From a virus (taxonomy: Duplodnaviria > Heunggongvirae > Uroviricota > Caudoviricetes), in the IMG/VR virus record IMGVR_UViG_2609459839_000004: a DNA stretch of 18,695 nt; one strand, written 5' to 3'. The position numbers and the translations under genes were made by a program. Below the pieces are notes generated by a model. That model ran no database searches. It saw only the letters and a program-made list of their open reading frames with translations, and was not told the DNA's origin. Below, in pieces: positions 1 through 7,666 of the stretch (the first letter of the stretch is position 1; every line of letters starts with the position of its first letter).

Positions 1-522
1 ATGTCAAAGCCAAAATACCCTTTTGAAAAGCGCCTTGAAGTCGTGAATCACTACTTCACAACTGATGATGGTTACAGGATCATCTCGGCACGTTTTGGTG
101 TCCCCCGAACCCAGGTCAGGACATGGGTTGCCCTCTATGAAAAACATGGAGAAAAAGGTTTAATTCCCAAACCTAAAGGCGTTAGTGCTGATCCAGAGTT
201 GCGTATTAAGGTCGTGAAAGCTGTGATCGAGCAGCACATGTCCCTTAATCAGGCTGCTGCTCACTTTATGCTTGCTGGTAGTGGTTCTGTAGCCAGGTGG
301 CTGAAGGTCTATGAAGAGCGCGGAGAAGCTGGTTTACGCGCGCTCAAGATTGGCACCAAAAGAAACATTGCAATATCAGTTGATCCAGAAAAAGCGGCAT
401 CAGCATTGGAGCTGTCAAAAGACCGACGCATTGAGGATCTTGAAAGGCAAGTTCGATTTCTTGAAACGCGGCTTATGTATCTAAAAAAGCTGAAAGCCTT
501 AGCTCATCCCACGAAAAAGTGA
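1..522 (+). CDS. insJ: IS150 transposase OrfA (InsJ), HTH DNA-binding component
   Basis: 173-aa ORF starting MSKPKYPFEKRLEVVNHYF..., recognised as IS150 OrfA; ends just after the slippery heptamer. Confidence 0.9.
   Translation: MSKPKYPFEKRLEVVNHYFTTDDGYRIISARFGVPRTQVRTWVALYEKHGEKGLIPKPKGVSADPELRIKVVKAVIEQHMSLNQAAAHFMLAGSGSVARWLKVYEERGEAGLRALKIGTKRNIAISVDPEKAASALELSKDRRIEDLERQVRFLETRLMYLKKLKALAHPTKK
483..489 (+). other. Programmed -1 ribosomal frameshift site (slippery heptamer A_AAA_AAG)
   Basis: A AAA AAG is in the insJ zero frame (codons cta aaa aag); the -1 frame is open from here into insK. IS3-family elements make OrfAB this way. Confidence 0.7.
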
Positions 523-1370
523 AAGTACTCAACGAGCTAAGGCAGTTTTATCCTCTTGATGAGCTTCTCAGGGCTGCGGAGATACCGCGCAGTACGTTTT
601 ATTATCATCTAAAGGCTCTCAGCAAGCCTGACAAGTATGCGGACGTTAAAAAGCGTATTAGTGAGATTTATCACGAGAATAGAGGCCGATACGGATACCG
701 TAGGGTAACGCTGTCTCTTCATCGAGAAGGGAAACAGATTAACCATAAAGCTGTTCAGCGCCTGATGGGAACCCTCTCACTTAAAGCAGCGATTAAGGTC
801 AAGCGATACCGCTCTTACAGAGGAGAGGTAGGGCAAACCGCCCCTAATGTTCTCCAAAGAGATTTCAAGGCTACGCGGCCAAACGAGAAGTGGGTTACCG
901 ATGTTACTGAATTTGCAGTCAATGGGCGCAAGCTGTATTTGTCTCCAGTAATAGATCTCTTCAACAACGAAGTTATTTCTTACAGCCTTTCGGAAAGACC
1001 AGTGATGAACATGGTTGAGAATATGCTCGATCAGGCATTCAAAAAGCTTAATCCTCACGAGCATCCTGTTCTGCACTCTGACCAGGGATGGCAGTATCGT
1101 ATGAGAAGATATCAAAATATCCTTAAAGAACATGGTATTAAACAAAGCATGTCCAGAAAAGGCAATTGTCTGGATAATGCTGTGGTGGAGTGTTTCTTTG
1201 GAACCTTAAAGTCGGAGTGTTTTTATCTTGATGAGTTCAGTAATATAAGCGAACTGAAGGATGCTGTTACGGAATATATTGAATACTACAACAGCAGAAG
1301 AATTAGCCTGAAATTAAAAGGTCTGACTCCAATTGAATATCGGAATCAGACCTATATGCCTCGTGTTTAA
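519..1370 (+). CDS. insK: IS150 transposase OrfB (InsK), DDE catalytic domain; expressed mainly as an InsJK fusion
   Basis: 283-aa ORF in the -1 frame relative to insJ; the track start at 519 is GTG; integrase-core-like segments ([15 protein letters not shown]) present. Confidence 0.88.
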
Positions 1371-1412
1371 CTGTCCAACTTTTTGGGGTCAGTACAAAGT
1401 GAGGCCAGTCTT

Positions 1413-1619
1413 ATGTCTCGACAACTGAAGATTAGCCTCTTACGTGCCGAAAGGCAAGGAGAAGCAGGCTATGAAGCAGCAAAAGGCGATGTTAATCGCC
1501 CTGATCGTCATCTGTTTAACCGTCATAGTGACGGCACTGGTAACGAGGAAAGACCTCTGCGAGGTACGAATCCGAACCGGCCAGACGGAGGTCGCTGTCT
1601 TCACAGCTTACGAACCTGA
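1413..1619 (+). CDS. mok-like reading frame overlapping hok
   Basis: ATG at 1413 preceded by GAGG at 1401-1404; frame overlaps almost all of hok in another frame and stops just before the hok stop, as mok does in hok/sok loci. The track ORF start at 1383 is TTG inside the IS150 end. Confidence 0.4.
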   Translation: MSRQLKISLLRAERQGEAGYEAAKGDVNRPDRHLFNRHSDGTGNEERPLRGTNPNRPDGGRCLHSLRT

Positions 1620-1626
1620 GGAGTAA
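1471..1626 (+). CDS. hokD: Hok-family type I membrane toxin (HokD/RelF-like), 51 aa
   Basis: Translation MKQQKAMLIALIVICLTVIVTALVTRKDLCEVRIRTGQTEVAVFTAYEPEE has one TM helix and the conserved C-terminal Hok motif; AAGGAG upstream of the ATG. Matches HokD as recalled. Confidence 0.82.
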   Translation: MKQQKAMLIALIVICLTVIVTALVTRKDLCEVRIRTGQTEVAVFTAYEPEE

Positions 1627-1696
1627 GAGACCAGGTGAGGGAGAAATCCCTCGCCACCTCTGATGAGTCAGGCATCCTCAACGCACCCGCACTTAA

Positions 1697-1720
1697 CCCG
1701 CTTCGGCGGGTTTTGTTTTT
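1697..1720 (+). terminator. Intrinsic terminator at the 3' end of the hok transcript
   Basis: cccgc-ttcg-gcggg hairpin followed by ttttgttttt. Confidence 0.6.
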
Positions 1721-1793
1721 TCCTGGCATTCTGGTTTACAATTCGCACGCCAGCCTGAACAACTGGCACCTGCTGCGCCAGCAGAGACAACCG

Positions 1794-2066
1794 ATGGCGC
1801 ACAAAACCAAATTTCACAATTCTGATACCGACCTTGCCATCCGGCATGGGCGGCGTTCACACGCATTTAAATATGACTGGTATCAGCATGACCCCTGCAC
1901 TGAAGAACAGGCCGAATGGCTGATTCAGAACTACCGCAGACGTGGGTATGAGTTTAAGAAAGCCCTCAGCCTCGACTTCCGACACTGGATCATCTCAGTC
2001 AGACTGCCTTACTCTGAACGCCCACCGCGTCCGTCCCGCACATTCCAGCAACGGATCTGGAGGTAA
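1794..2066 (+). CDS. Hypothetical small protein (~90 aa) between hok and the DUF968 gene
   Basis: ATG at 1794 lies downstream of the hok terminator; its stop (taa 2064-2066) abuts the GTG start of the next gene. Start choice is uncertain; the upstream part of track ORF 1635..2066 overlaps the hok 3' structure. Confidence 0.35.
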   Translation: MAHKTKFHNSDTDLAIRHGRRSHAFKYDWYQHDPCTEEQAEWLIQNYRRRGYEFKKALSLDFRHWIISVRLPYSERPPRPSRTFQQRIWR

Positions 2067-2067
2067 C

Positions 2068-3126
2068 GTGCGGGTATTGCTTCGACCTGTTCCGGTACCG
2101 GAACTCGGGCTGGTGGTCCTTAAGCCTGGTCGTGAATCCATGCAGGTATTTCATAACCCTCGAGTGCTGGTGGAGCCGGAACCGAAAAGCATGCGCGGTC
2201 TGCCGTGCGGAGTTGTTCCTGCCATTCGCCAGCCGCTGGCGGAAGACAAATCATTGCTGCCATTTTTCAGCAATGAGCAGGTAATTCGTGCTGCCGGTGG
2301 CACTGGTGCACTGTCTGACTGGCTCCTGCGTCATGTTAAATCCTGCCAGTGGCCTCATAGTGACTACCATCACAGTGAAATCGTCATACATCGTTATGGT
2401 ACCGGAGCGATGGTGTTGTGCTGGCACTGCGACAACCAGCTGCGTGACCAGACATCCGAATCACTCGAGCAACTTGCTCATCAAAACCTGTCAGCATGGA
2501 TGATTAACGTCATACGCAATGCAATGAATGGTACGCAAGAGCGGGAATTATCGCTGGCTGAGTTATCCTGGTGGGCGGTCTGCAATCAGGTGGCGGACGC
2601 GCTACCGGAAGCGGTATTACGTCGTTCGCTGGGGTTGCGTGCGGAAAAAATCCGCTCAATGTACCGTGAAAGCGACATCGTACCGGGAGAGCAGACCGCC
2701 ACCAGCATACTGAAGCAGCGCACAAAAAATATTGCGCTGCCACTTCACGTCCACCAGCAACAGCCCCCACTCCAGGAAAAGACGTTAGTAAGCATCGCCG
2801 TTGATCCGGAGTCACCGGCTCAGTATCTCCAGCGCCAGAAACCACAACGGGAAGAGATGCCTGTATACACGCGCTGGGTAAAAACGCAGAAATGCATGAC
2901 GTGCGGTAATCAGGCAGATGATCCGCATCACATCATTGGTCATGGCCTGGGAGGTATGGGAACAAAGGCTGATGATTTGTTTGTTATTCCGCTGTGCCGT
3001 AAATGTCATAACGAACTGCACGCCGGGGTAAAAGATTTTGAAGAAAAACACGGCAGCCAGCTGTTGTTGCTGATTCGTTTTTTAATGCACGCGAGAAATT
3101 CGGGTGTCCTGAAGTGGAAAGCATGA
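2068..3126 (+). CDS. DUF968-family phage protein (YdfU-like) with C-terminal HNH-like Cys/His motif
   Basis: C-terminus CMTCGNQADDPHHIIGHGLGG...PLCRKCHNELH is an HNH-type motif; GTG at 2068 follows GGAGG at 2058-2062; alternative ATG start at 2140. This gene sits just upstream of Q in Qin-type prophages. Confidence 0.65.
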   Translation: MRVLLRPVPVPELGLVVLKPGRESMQVFHNPRVLVEPEPKSMRGLPCGVVPAIRQPLAEDKSLLPFFSNEQVIRAAGGTGALSDWLLRHVKSCQWPHSDYHHSEIVIHRYGTGAMVLCWHCDNQLRDQTSESLEQLAHQNLSAWMINVIRNAMNGTQERELSLAELSWWAVCNQVADALPEAVLRRSLGLRAEKIRSMYRESDIVPGEQTATSILKQRTKNIALPLHVHQQQPPLQEKTLVSIAVDPESPAQYLQRQKPQREEMPVYTRWVKTQKCMTCGNQADDPHHIIGHGLGGMGTKADDLFVIPLCRKCHNELHAGVKDFEEKHGSQLLLLIRFLMHARNSGVLKWKA

Positions 3127-3492
3127 ATGACTGAACGCATAGAATTTGTTTTGCCTTACCCGCCAACGGTGAACACTTACTGGCGACGTCGTGGCAGCAC
3201 ATATTTTGTATCAAAAGCCGGTGAGCGTTATCGCCGTGATGTGGCGCTTATTGTTCGCCAGCAGCGGCTGAAATTAAACCTGTCCGGAAGGCTGGCGATA
3301 AAGATTATTGCAGAGCCACCGGATAAGCGCCGCCGCGACCTGGACAATATCCTGAAGGCACCACTGGATGCGCTGACGCATGCCGGACTACTTATAGACG
3401 ACGAGCAGTTTGATGAAATCAATATTGTGCGCGGTCAGCTCGTTCCTGGTGGGCGGCTGGGGATAAAAATCACAGAACTGGAGTGCGCATGA
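3127..3492 (+). CDS. rusA: RusA-family Holliday junction resolvase
   Basis: 121 aa with LPYPPTVNTYWRRRG and RRRDLDNILKAPLDAL motifs as in RusA; typical nin-region position. Confidence 0.85.
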   Translation: MTERIEFVLPYPPTVNTYWRRRGSTYFVSKAGERYRRDVALIVRQQRLKLNLSGRLAIKIIAEPPDKRRRDLDNILKAPLDALTHAGLLIDDEQFDEINIVRGQLVPGGRLGIKITELECA

Positions 3493-4178
3493 ATAACCAG
3501 TATTTACAGTTTGTGCGTGAGCAGCTCATTATCGCCACCGCTGATTTGAGTGGGGCAACAAAAGGTCAGCTTGAAGCCTGGCAAGAGAATGCCATGTTCG
3601 ATACAGGGCGTTACAGGCGTAAAAAAATCCGGTACCGCGATGAAGTGACTGGAAAAATGATAACGCGGGATAATCCACCAATCCCGGGAAAGCAATCGCT
3701 GGCGAAAGGTTCATCAATTGCCCTGGTCAGTCCGGTTGAGTTTTCGACATCATCATGGCGACGCGCCGTTCTGTCTCTTGAAGAGCATCAGAAGGCGTGG
3801 GTGCTGTGGGTATACAGTGAAAATCCGAGTTGGGATTATCAGGTGGTCATTGCGAAATGGGCGTGGGATAAGTTTCAGGTGCATTTTGGCACCAGAAAAA
3901 TTACAGGGAAAACGCTTGAGCGTCTGAAGAAATTAATCTGGCTGGCGGCGCAGGATGTCAGGGGGAGGATTACTGGGCGTGACGTCTACCAGCGACAGGA
4001 ACTTGCCAGACTGTGTGGAGTTAAGCCTGACAACTGGAGCCATAATTATGCGAACTACTGGCGTGAGATGTGCGACATTTTTAAGAAACTCGATACAGAA
4101 TCCTTGATTTGCACCGTGAAAATGAGATCGCAACAAAAAGCGACCTTTTCACGACGAGATATTGCAAAAGTCAATTAA
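3489..4178 (+). CDS. Late-gene antiterminator Q (QuuQ-like family)
   Basis: ~229-aa ORF directly upstream of a promoter-plus-terminator unit and the cargo/lysis region; ATGA overlap with the rusA stop. Family assignment is by synteny and recollection, not a verified alignment. Confidence 0.6.
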   Translation: MNNQYLQFVREQLIIATADLSGATKGQLEAWQENAMFDTGRYRRKKIRYRDEVTGKMITRDNPPIPGKQSLAKGSSIALVSPVEFSTSSWRRAVLSLEEHQKAWVLWVYSENPSWDYQVVIAKWAWDKFQVHFGTRKITGKTLERLKKLIWLAAQDVRGRITGRDVYQRQELARLCGVKPDNWSHNYANYWREMCDIFKKLDTESLICTVKMRSQQKATFSRRDIAKVN

Positions 4179-4191
4179 ATCGCATACATTT
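4163..4191 (+). promoter_or_regulatory. Candidate late promoter pR' (sigma70 -35/-10) overlapping the 3' end of Q
   Basis: TTGCAA (4163-4168), 17-bp spacer, TACATT (4186-4191). Confidence 0.4.
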
Positions 4192-4226
4192 TATGTAAAT
4201 GTGATATTTTGCCGTATAGTGTGTAA

Positions 4227-4249
4227 ACCCGCTTAAATGCGGGTTTTTT
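4227..4249 (+). terminator. tR'-like intrinsic terminator downstream of Q
   Basis: acccgc-ttaaat-gcgggt hairpin followed by a T run, ~35 nt downstream of the predicted start site. Confidence 0.6.
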
Positions 4250-4322
4250 GCTTAACTCTGTGGACCTTTTTATCTGTAGTTGTAAGATATGGATATTCTT
4301 ACAATTTAGGTCGGTGAGCTTA

Positions 4323-5087
4323 ATGGAAGAACAGCACGGTAATTACTTTATAAAACGAATTCAGTTGATTGGAAGAGGTGCATTTGGCTTTGTTGAACAC
4401 GTTAAGGTTTACAACCTCAACAAGGGTGAATGTGGGGATTATGCTAGAAAGGTTTTAGCCCCCGAAAAACCAGAGCTTTTGGCGCAAATAGAGCAGTTTA
4501 GAAGGCGTTTTAAAAGGGAGGTCGTGTATCAATCACATTGCGTACATAGCAATATTGTTCCTATTTATTTGTGCGATTTGTTTGCCGAGAATCCATGGTT
4601 CATTATGGATAAAGCAGAATGTGATCTTGAGCACGAAATAACGAACAACCTTCTTACAACAGATCAAAAAATTTCAATAGTGAAAATGGTATTAGATGGT
4701 GTAGCTCACATCCATGCGAAAGGCTATTTACACAGAGATATAAAACCATTTAATGTCTTGCGATTTAGCGACGGAACATACAAGGTGTCTGATTTTGGTC
4801 TGGTAAAAGATACAAATCCCGAAGGGGATACCACTAAATTGACCGAGATCGGTACCCGTATGGGAAGTACAAGATATATGGCTCCCGAGATTTTATATAA
4901 TGCCGAGTATTCAGTTAAGACTGATGTTTATGCGGTGGGGCGGTTAATTGAGGACTTAAATTTAGATGATAAAAAAATAAAGCCTATCATAGCGAAGTGT
5001 ACCAGGATGGATAAAGATGATAGATATCAGACAATAGATGATGTGGCGTTTGATTTTGTGCATTCTTTTTTAAGGAGTGAGTCATGA
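4323..5087 (+). CDS. Eukaryotic-like (Hanks-type) Ser/Thr protein kinase, minimal catalytic domain
   Basis: Gly-rich loop GRGAFGFV, putative catalytic Lys in YARKV, catalytic loop HRDIKPFN, DFG, YMAPE, DVYAVG; AT-rich codon usage unlike the flanking phage genes. Confidence 0.85.
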   Translation: MEEQHGNYFIKRIQLIGRGAFGFVEHVKVYNLNKGECGDYARKVLAPEKPELLAQIEQFRRRFKREVVYQSHCVHSNIVPIYLCDLFAENPWFIMDKAECDLEHEITNNLLTTDQKISIVKMVLDGVAHIHAKGYLHRDIKPFNVLRFSDGTYKVSDFGLVKDTNPEGDTTKLTEIGTRMGSTRYMAPEILYNAEYSVKTDVYAVGRLIEDLNLDDKKIKPIIAKCTRMDKDDRYQTIDDVAFDFVHSFLRSES

Positions 5088-5827
5088 TTCAGCTGATAGC
5101 GACTTCATCATTCTCGTATCCAAAAGAACCAGGTAGGGTCAACGAAGATTCATTGCTTCCTCCCAAAATTGTAGGGGATGGCATCTTATTTGCCGTAGCT
5201 GATGGTGTAGGTTCATACACTGGTGCCAGTCAGGCTTCATCAATGGCAATTGCTGAGCTTTCAGCATTGACAAGCTTATCTTTTGACACAGTTCCGGATG
5301 TATTTGATGAAGTTAAGCGAAAGGTTATGTCGTTAGCTGATGTTAATGATGAGTTCGATAAAGCTGCTACTACACTTACGTTTTGTTATGTTTGTGATAG
5401 CGGAATTATTATTGGTCATATTGGTGATTGTCGTTTGTATTGCATTGGAGAGAAGAAAGCATACCAATTGACGAAGGACGATACCAGGCATCAGATGCTA
5501 ATTGATCAGAATATTTTTAAACCCAGAGATTTGAAGGATAAACCGGGCAAAAATATCTTAACGACGGCTATAGCCTCAAATGTTGATATGGAATACGACT
5601 GTGATTTTATCACATGGAAAGATTTACCTAGTATTAACGGGGTATATCATCTGTGTATCATGTCTGATGGGGTTCATAACGTTTGGGAAAAACGCCCCAG
5701 ATTTACATCAAATACGATGAGTAATAGTCAGAAGTTTTCTAATGGCATTTTGCGTCGTATAGAGAGAGCCGGACCTGATGATGACTTTTCTTTAGTAAGT
5801 ATAATGGTGCGTGTGACGTCAGATTAG
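5084..5827 (+). CDS. PP2C-family (PPM) Ser/Thr protein phosphatase
   Basis: Motifs NEDS, AVADGVGSY, GHIGDCRLY, LTKDDT, MSDGV in PP2C order; AAGGAG SD inside the kinase 3' end; ATGA start/stop overlap with the kinase. Confidence 0.8.
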   Translation: MIQLIATSSFSYPKEPGRVNEDSLLPPKIVGDGILFAVADGVGSYTGASQASSMAIAELSALTSLSFDTVPDVFDEVKRKVMSLADVNDEFDKAATTLTFCYVCDSGIIIGHIGDCRLYCIGEKKAYQLTKDDTRHQMLIDQNIFKPRDLKDKPGKNILTTAIASNVDMEYDCDFITWKDLPSINGVYHLCIMSDGVHNVWEKRPRFTSNTMSNSQKFSNGILRRIERAGPDDDFSLVSIMVRVTSD

Positions 5828-5899
5828 TTGTATAAACTCAGTAGGGAATGCTAATTTCACATACAACATAGTTAAAGAAAACTTAATTTTAATGTAAAA

Positions 5900-5924
5900 A
5901 GGCTGCCCTCAGGCGGTCTTTTTA
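5900..5924 (+). terminator. Intrinsic terminator after the kinase/phosphatase operon
   Basis: ggctgcc-ctca-ggcggtc hairpin (with G-U pairs) followed by ttttt. Confidence 0.4.
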
Positions 5925-6046
5925 TGCTCGAAAATTGATGCAGTACGTTAAACGCGCTGGTGGTTGCGAATACCGGTCTTTCAGCTTGCTGGCTTTTTAG
6001 ACAAGAGTTATTGGTATGTCACGTTAACCAGAAAAGGGAAAAAGAC

Positions 6047-6244
6047 ATGCTAAAACAGCAGGATATGACCGAAACCGCCAGAGTGGTGTTTAATGAATTA
6101 AGCGTCACCGAACCGGCGACCGTCGGGGAAATTGCGCAGAATACTTACCTTTCACGCGAACGCTGCCAGTTAATACTGACTCAGCTTGTTATGGCGGGTC
6201 TGGCAGATTATCAGTTCGGTTGTTACAGACGCCTTCCTCAGTGA
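6047..6244 (+). CDS. Small winged-helix/HTH-like protein (65 aa) upstream of the methyltransferase
   Basis: ATG at 6047 after a purine-rich stretch; segment ATVGEIAQNTYLSRERCQLILTQLVMAGL resembles an HTH recognition unit. Confidence 0.4.
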   Translation: MLKQQDMTETARVVFNELSVTEPATVGEIAQNTYLSRERCQLILTQLVMAGLADYQFGCYRRLPQ

Positions 6245-6394
6245 AGGTTTTTTAATTTGTGGTAATGGGCGGCTGGTGGGTGTTAGCGGCACCTGCCAGC
6301 CATCTGCTCATGCGTTGGGGTCACAAGCAAACCTCAGGCCCATCTGCTTTGCGCAAAAGCGGTATGAGCCTATCAGAGAAGTGCTTATTGATCT

Positions 6395-7444
6395 ATGGCC
6401 AATACTGTAAAAATATCCAGTTGTGAGTTAATCAACGCTGATTGCCTGGAATTTATCCAGACCTTACCGGAAAATTCTGTCGATCTGATAGTCACAGACC
6501 CGCCATACTTTAAAGTGAAGCCCGAGGGCTGGGATAACCAGTGGGAGGGCGACGATGATTACCTGAAATGGCTGGACCAGTGTCTGGCGCAGTTCTGGCG
6601 GGTACTGAAGCCTGCCGGAAGTCTTTACCTGTTCTGTGGTCATCGCCTGGCATCTGACACCGAAATCATGATGCGTGAGCGCTTTAATGTGCTGAACCAC
6701 ATTATCTGGGCGAAGCCGTCCGGACGCTGGAACGGGTGCAATAAGGAAAGTCTGCGGGCGTATTTTCCGGCAACAGAGCGCATTCTGTTTGCAGAACATT
6801 ATCAGGGACCGTATCGCCCGAAAGATGATGGCTATGTGGAGCAGGGGCGCGAGCTAAAACAGCACGTCATGGCCCCGCTGATTTCTTACTTTCGTGATGC
6901 GCGTAAATCACTGGGAATAACGTCAAAACAGATAGCGGAAGCCACCGGAAAGAAAAACATGGCTTCGCACTGGTTTGGTACCAGTCAGTGGCAGTTACCG
7001 AACGAGGGTGATTACAACAAATTGCAGGCGTTGTTTGCGCGTGTTGCGGCAGAAAAACATCAGCGCGGGGAACTGGAAAAGCCACACCACCAGCTGGTCA
7101 GCACATACAGTGAGCTGAACCGGCAGTATACGGAACTGCTGAGTGAATATAAAAATTTGCGGCGGTATTTCGGTGTGACGGCGCAGGTTCCGTACACCGA
7201 TGTCTGGACGCATAAACCGGTGCAGCACTATCCAGGGAAACATCCGTGCGAAAAACCGGCAGAAATGCTGCAGCAGATAATCAGCGCAAGTAGTCGTCCT
7301 GGTGATCTGGTTGCGGATTTTTTCATGGGGTCGGGTTCAACGGTAAAAGCGGCGATGGCACTGGGGCGTCGTGCGATTGGTGTTGAGCTGGAGACCGGAC
7401 GTTTTGAGCAGACAGTCAGGGAAGTTCAGGATTTAATCGTTTGA
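6395..7444 (+). CDS. Orphan DNA methyltransferase, beta-class amino-MTase (N6-adenine or N4-cytosine)
   Basis: DPPY catalytic motif near the N-terminus and SAM-binding FxGxG (DFFMGSGST) near the C-terminus, the beta-class order; no adjacent restriction endonuclease gene seen. Confidence 0.85.
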   Translation: MANTVKISSCELINADCLEFIQTLPENSVDLIVTDPPYFKVKPEGWDNQWEGDDDYLKWLDQCLAQFWRVLKPAGSLYLFCGHRLASDTEIMMRERFNVLNHIIWAKPSGRWNGCNKESLRAYFPATERILFAEHYQGPYRPKDDGYVEQGRELKQHVMAPLISYFRDARKSLGITSKQIAEATGKKNMASHWFGTSQWQLPNEGDYNKLQALFARVAAEKHQRGELEKPHHQLVSTYSELNRQYTELLSEYKNLRRYFGVTAQVPYTDVWTHKPVQHYPGKHPCEKPAEMLQQIISASSRPGDLVADFFMGSGSTVKAAMALGRRAIGVELETGRFEQTVREVQDLIV

Positions 7445-7455
7445 AACGGATGAGA

Positions 7456-7484
7456 TTGCAGAATTAATTACGCACCATTATTAT
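7456..7484 (+). promoter_or_regulatory. Candidate sigma70 promoter for the tRNA cluster
   Basis: TTGCAG (7456-7461), 17-bp spacer, TATTAT (7479-7484), ~10 nt upstream of the first tRNA 5' end. Confidence 0.45.
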
Positions 7485-7493
7485 TCTGCTCCC

Positions 7494-7569
7494 GGCCCTT
7501 TAGCTCAGTGGTGAGAGCGAGCGACTCATAATCGCCAGGTCGCTGGTTCAAATCCAGCAAGGGCCACCA
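7494..7569 (+). tRNA. tRNA with CAU anticodon, most likely tRNA-Ile2 (lysidine-type, reads AUA)
   Basis: Cloverleaf: acceptor GGCCCTT/AAGGGCC, D-arm GCTC-AGTGGTGA-GAGC, anticodon loop CTCATAA, T-arm GCTGG-TTCAAAT-CCAGC, encoded CCA. Resembles ileX more than elongator Met as recalled; CAU alone cannot separate Ile2 from Met. Confidence 0.8.
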
Positions 7570-7576
7570 TCACATA

Positions 7577-7653
7577 CCGCCATTAGCTCATCAGGAAAGA
7601 GCGCCAGCTTTCGAAGCTGGTTGCGCGGAGTTCGGGTCCCCGAAGGCGGTCCA
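7577..7653 (+). tRNA. tRNA-Arg(UCG)-like, non-canonical; possibly degenerate
   Basis: Anticodon stem-loop CCAGC-TTTCGAA-GCTGG gives anticodon UCG; D-arm GCTC...GAGC; acceptor starts with C and has one mismatch, T-stem has one mismatch, T-loop TTCGGGT lacks the usual A58. Boundaries approximate. Confidence 0.5.
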
Positions 7654-7666
7654 TTATCTGTATCCT

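Larger units (their letters stand above)
1..1396 (+). mobile_element. IS150 (IS3 family) insertion sequence; left end lies beyond the window start, right end at ~1396
   Basis: Two overlapping ORFs matching IS150 InsJ/InsK as recalled; right terminus ...ttttggggtcagtaca ends in CA at 1396, typical of IS3-family ends. Confidence 0.85.

Noticed and set aside
777-1145. 122-aa minus-strand ORF inside insK
   Set aside because: Fully antisense to the IS150 transposase gene, with no SD and no recognisable motif; most likely a chance open frame.
1383-1412. TTG-initiated 5' extension of the mok-like frame (track ORF 1383..1619)
   Set aside because: The extension starts inside the IS150 terminal repeat; the ATG at 1413 with an upstream GAGG is the more plausible start.
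1635-1793. N-terminal extension of track ORF 1635..2066
   Set aside because: Overlaps the hok 3' end and its terminator hairpin; an internal ATG at 1794 downstream of the terminator is preferred.
2288-3214. Several 60-110-aa ORFs on both strands inside the DUF968 gene
   Set aside because: All are embedded in or antisense to a longer gene with recognisable motifs; no independent start signals.
6464-7243. Three minus-strand ORFs (72-111 aa) inside the methyltransferase gene
   Set aside because: Antisense to a well-supported CDS; typical GC-rich antisense artefacts.
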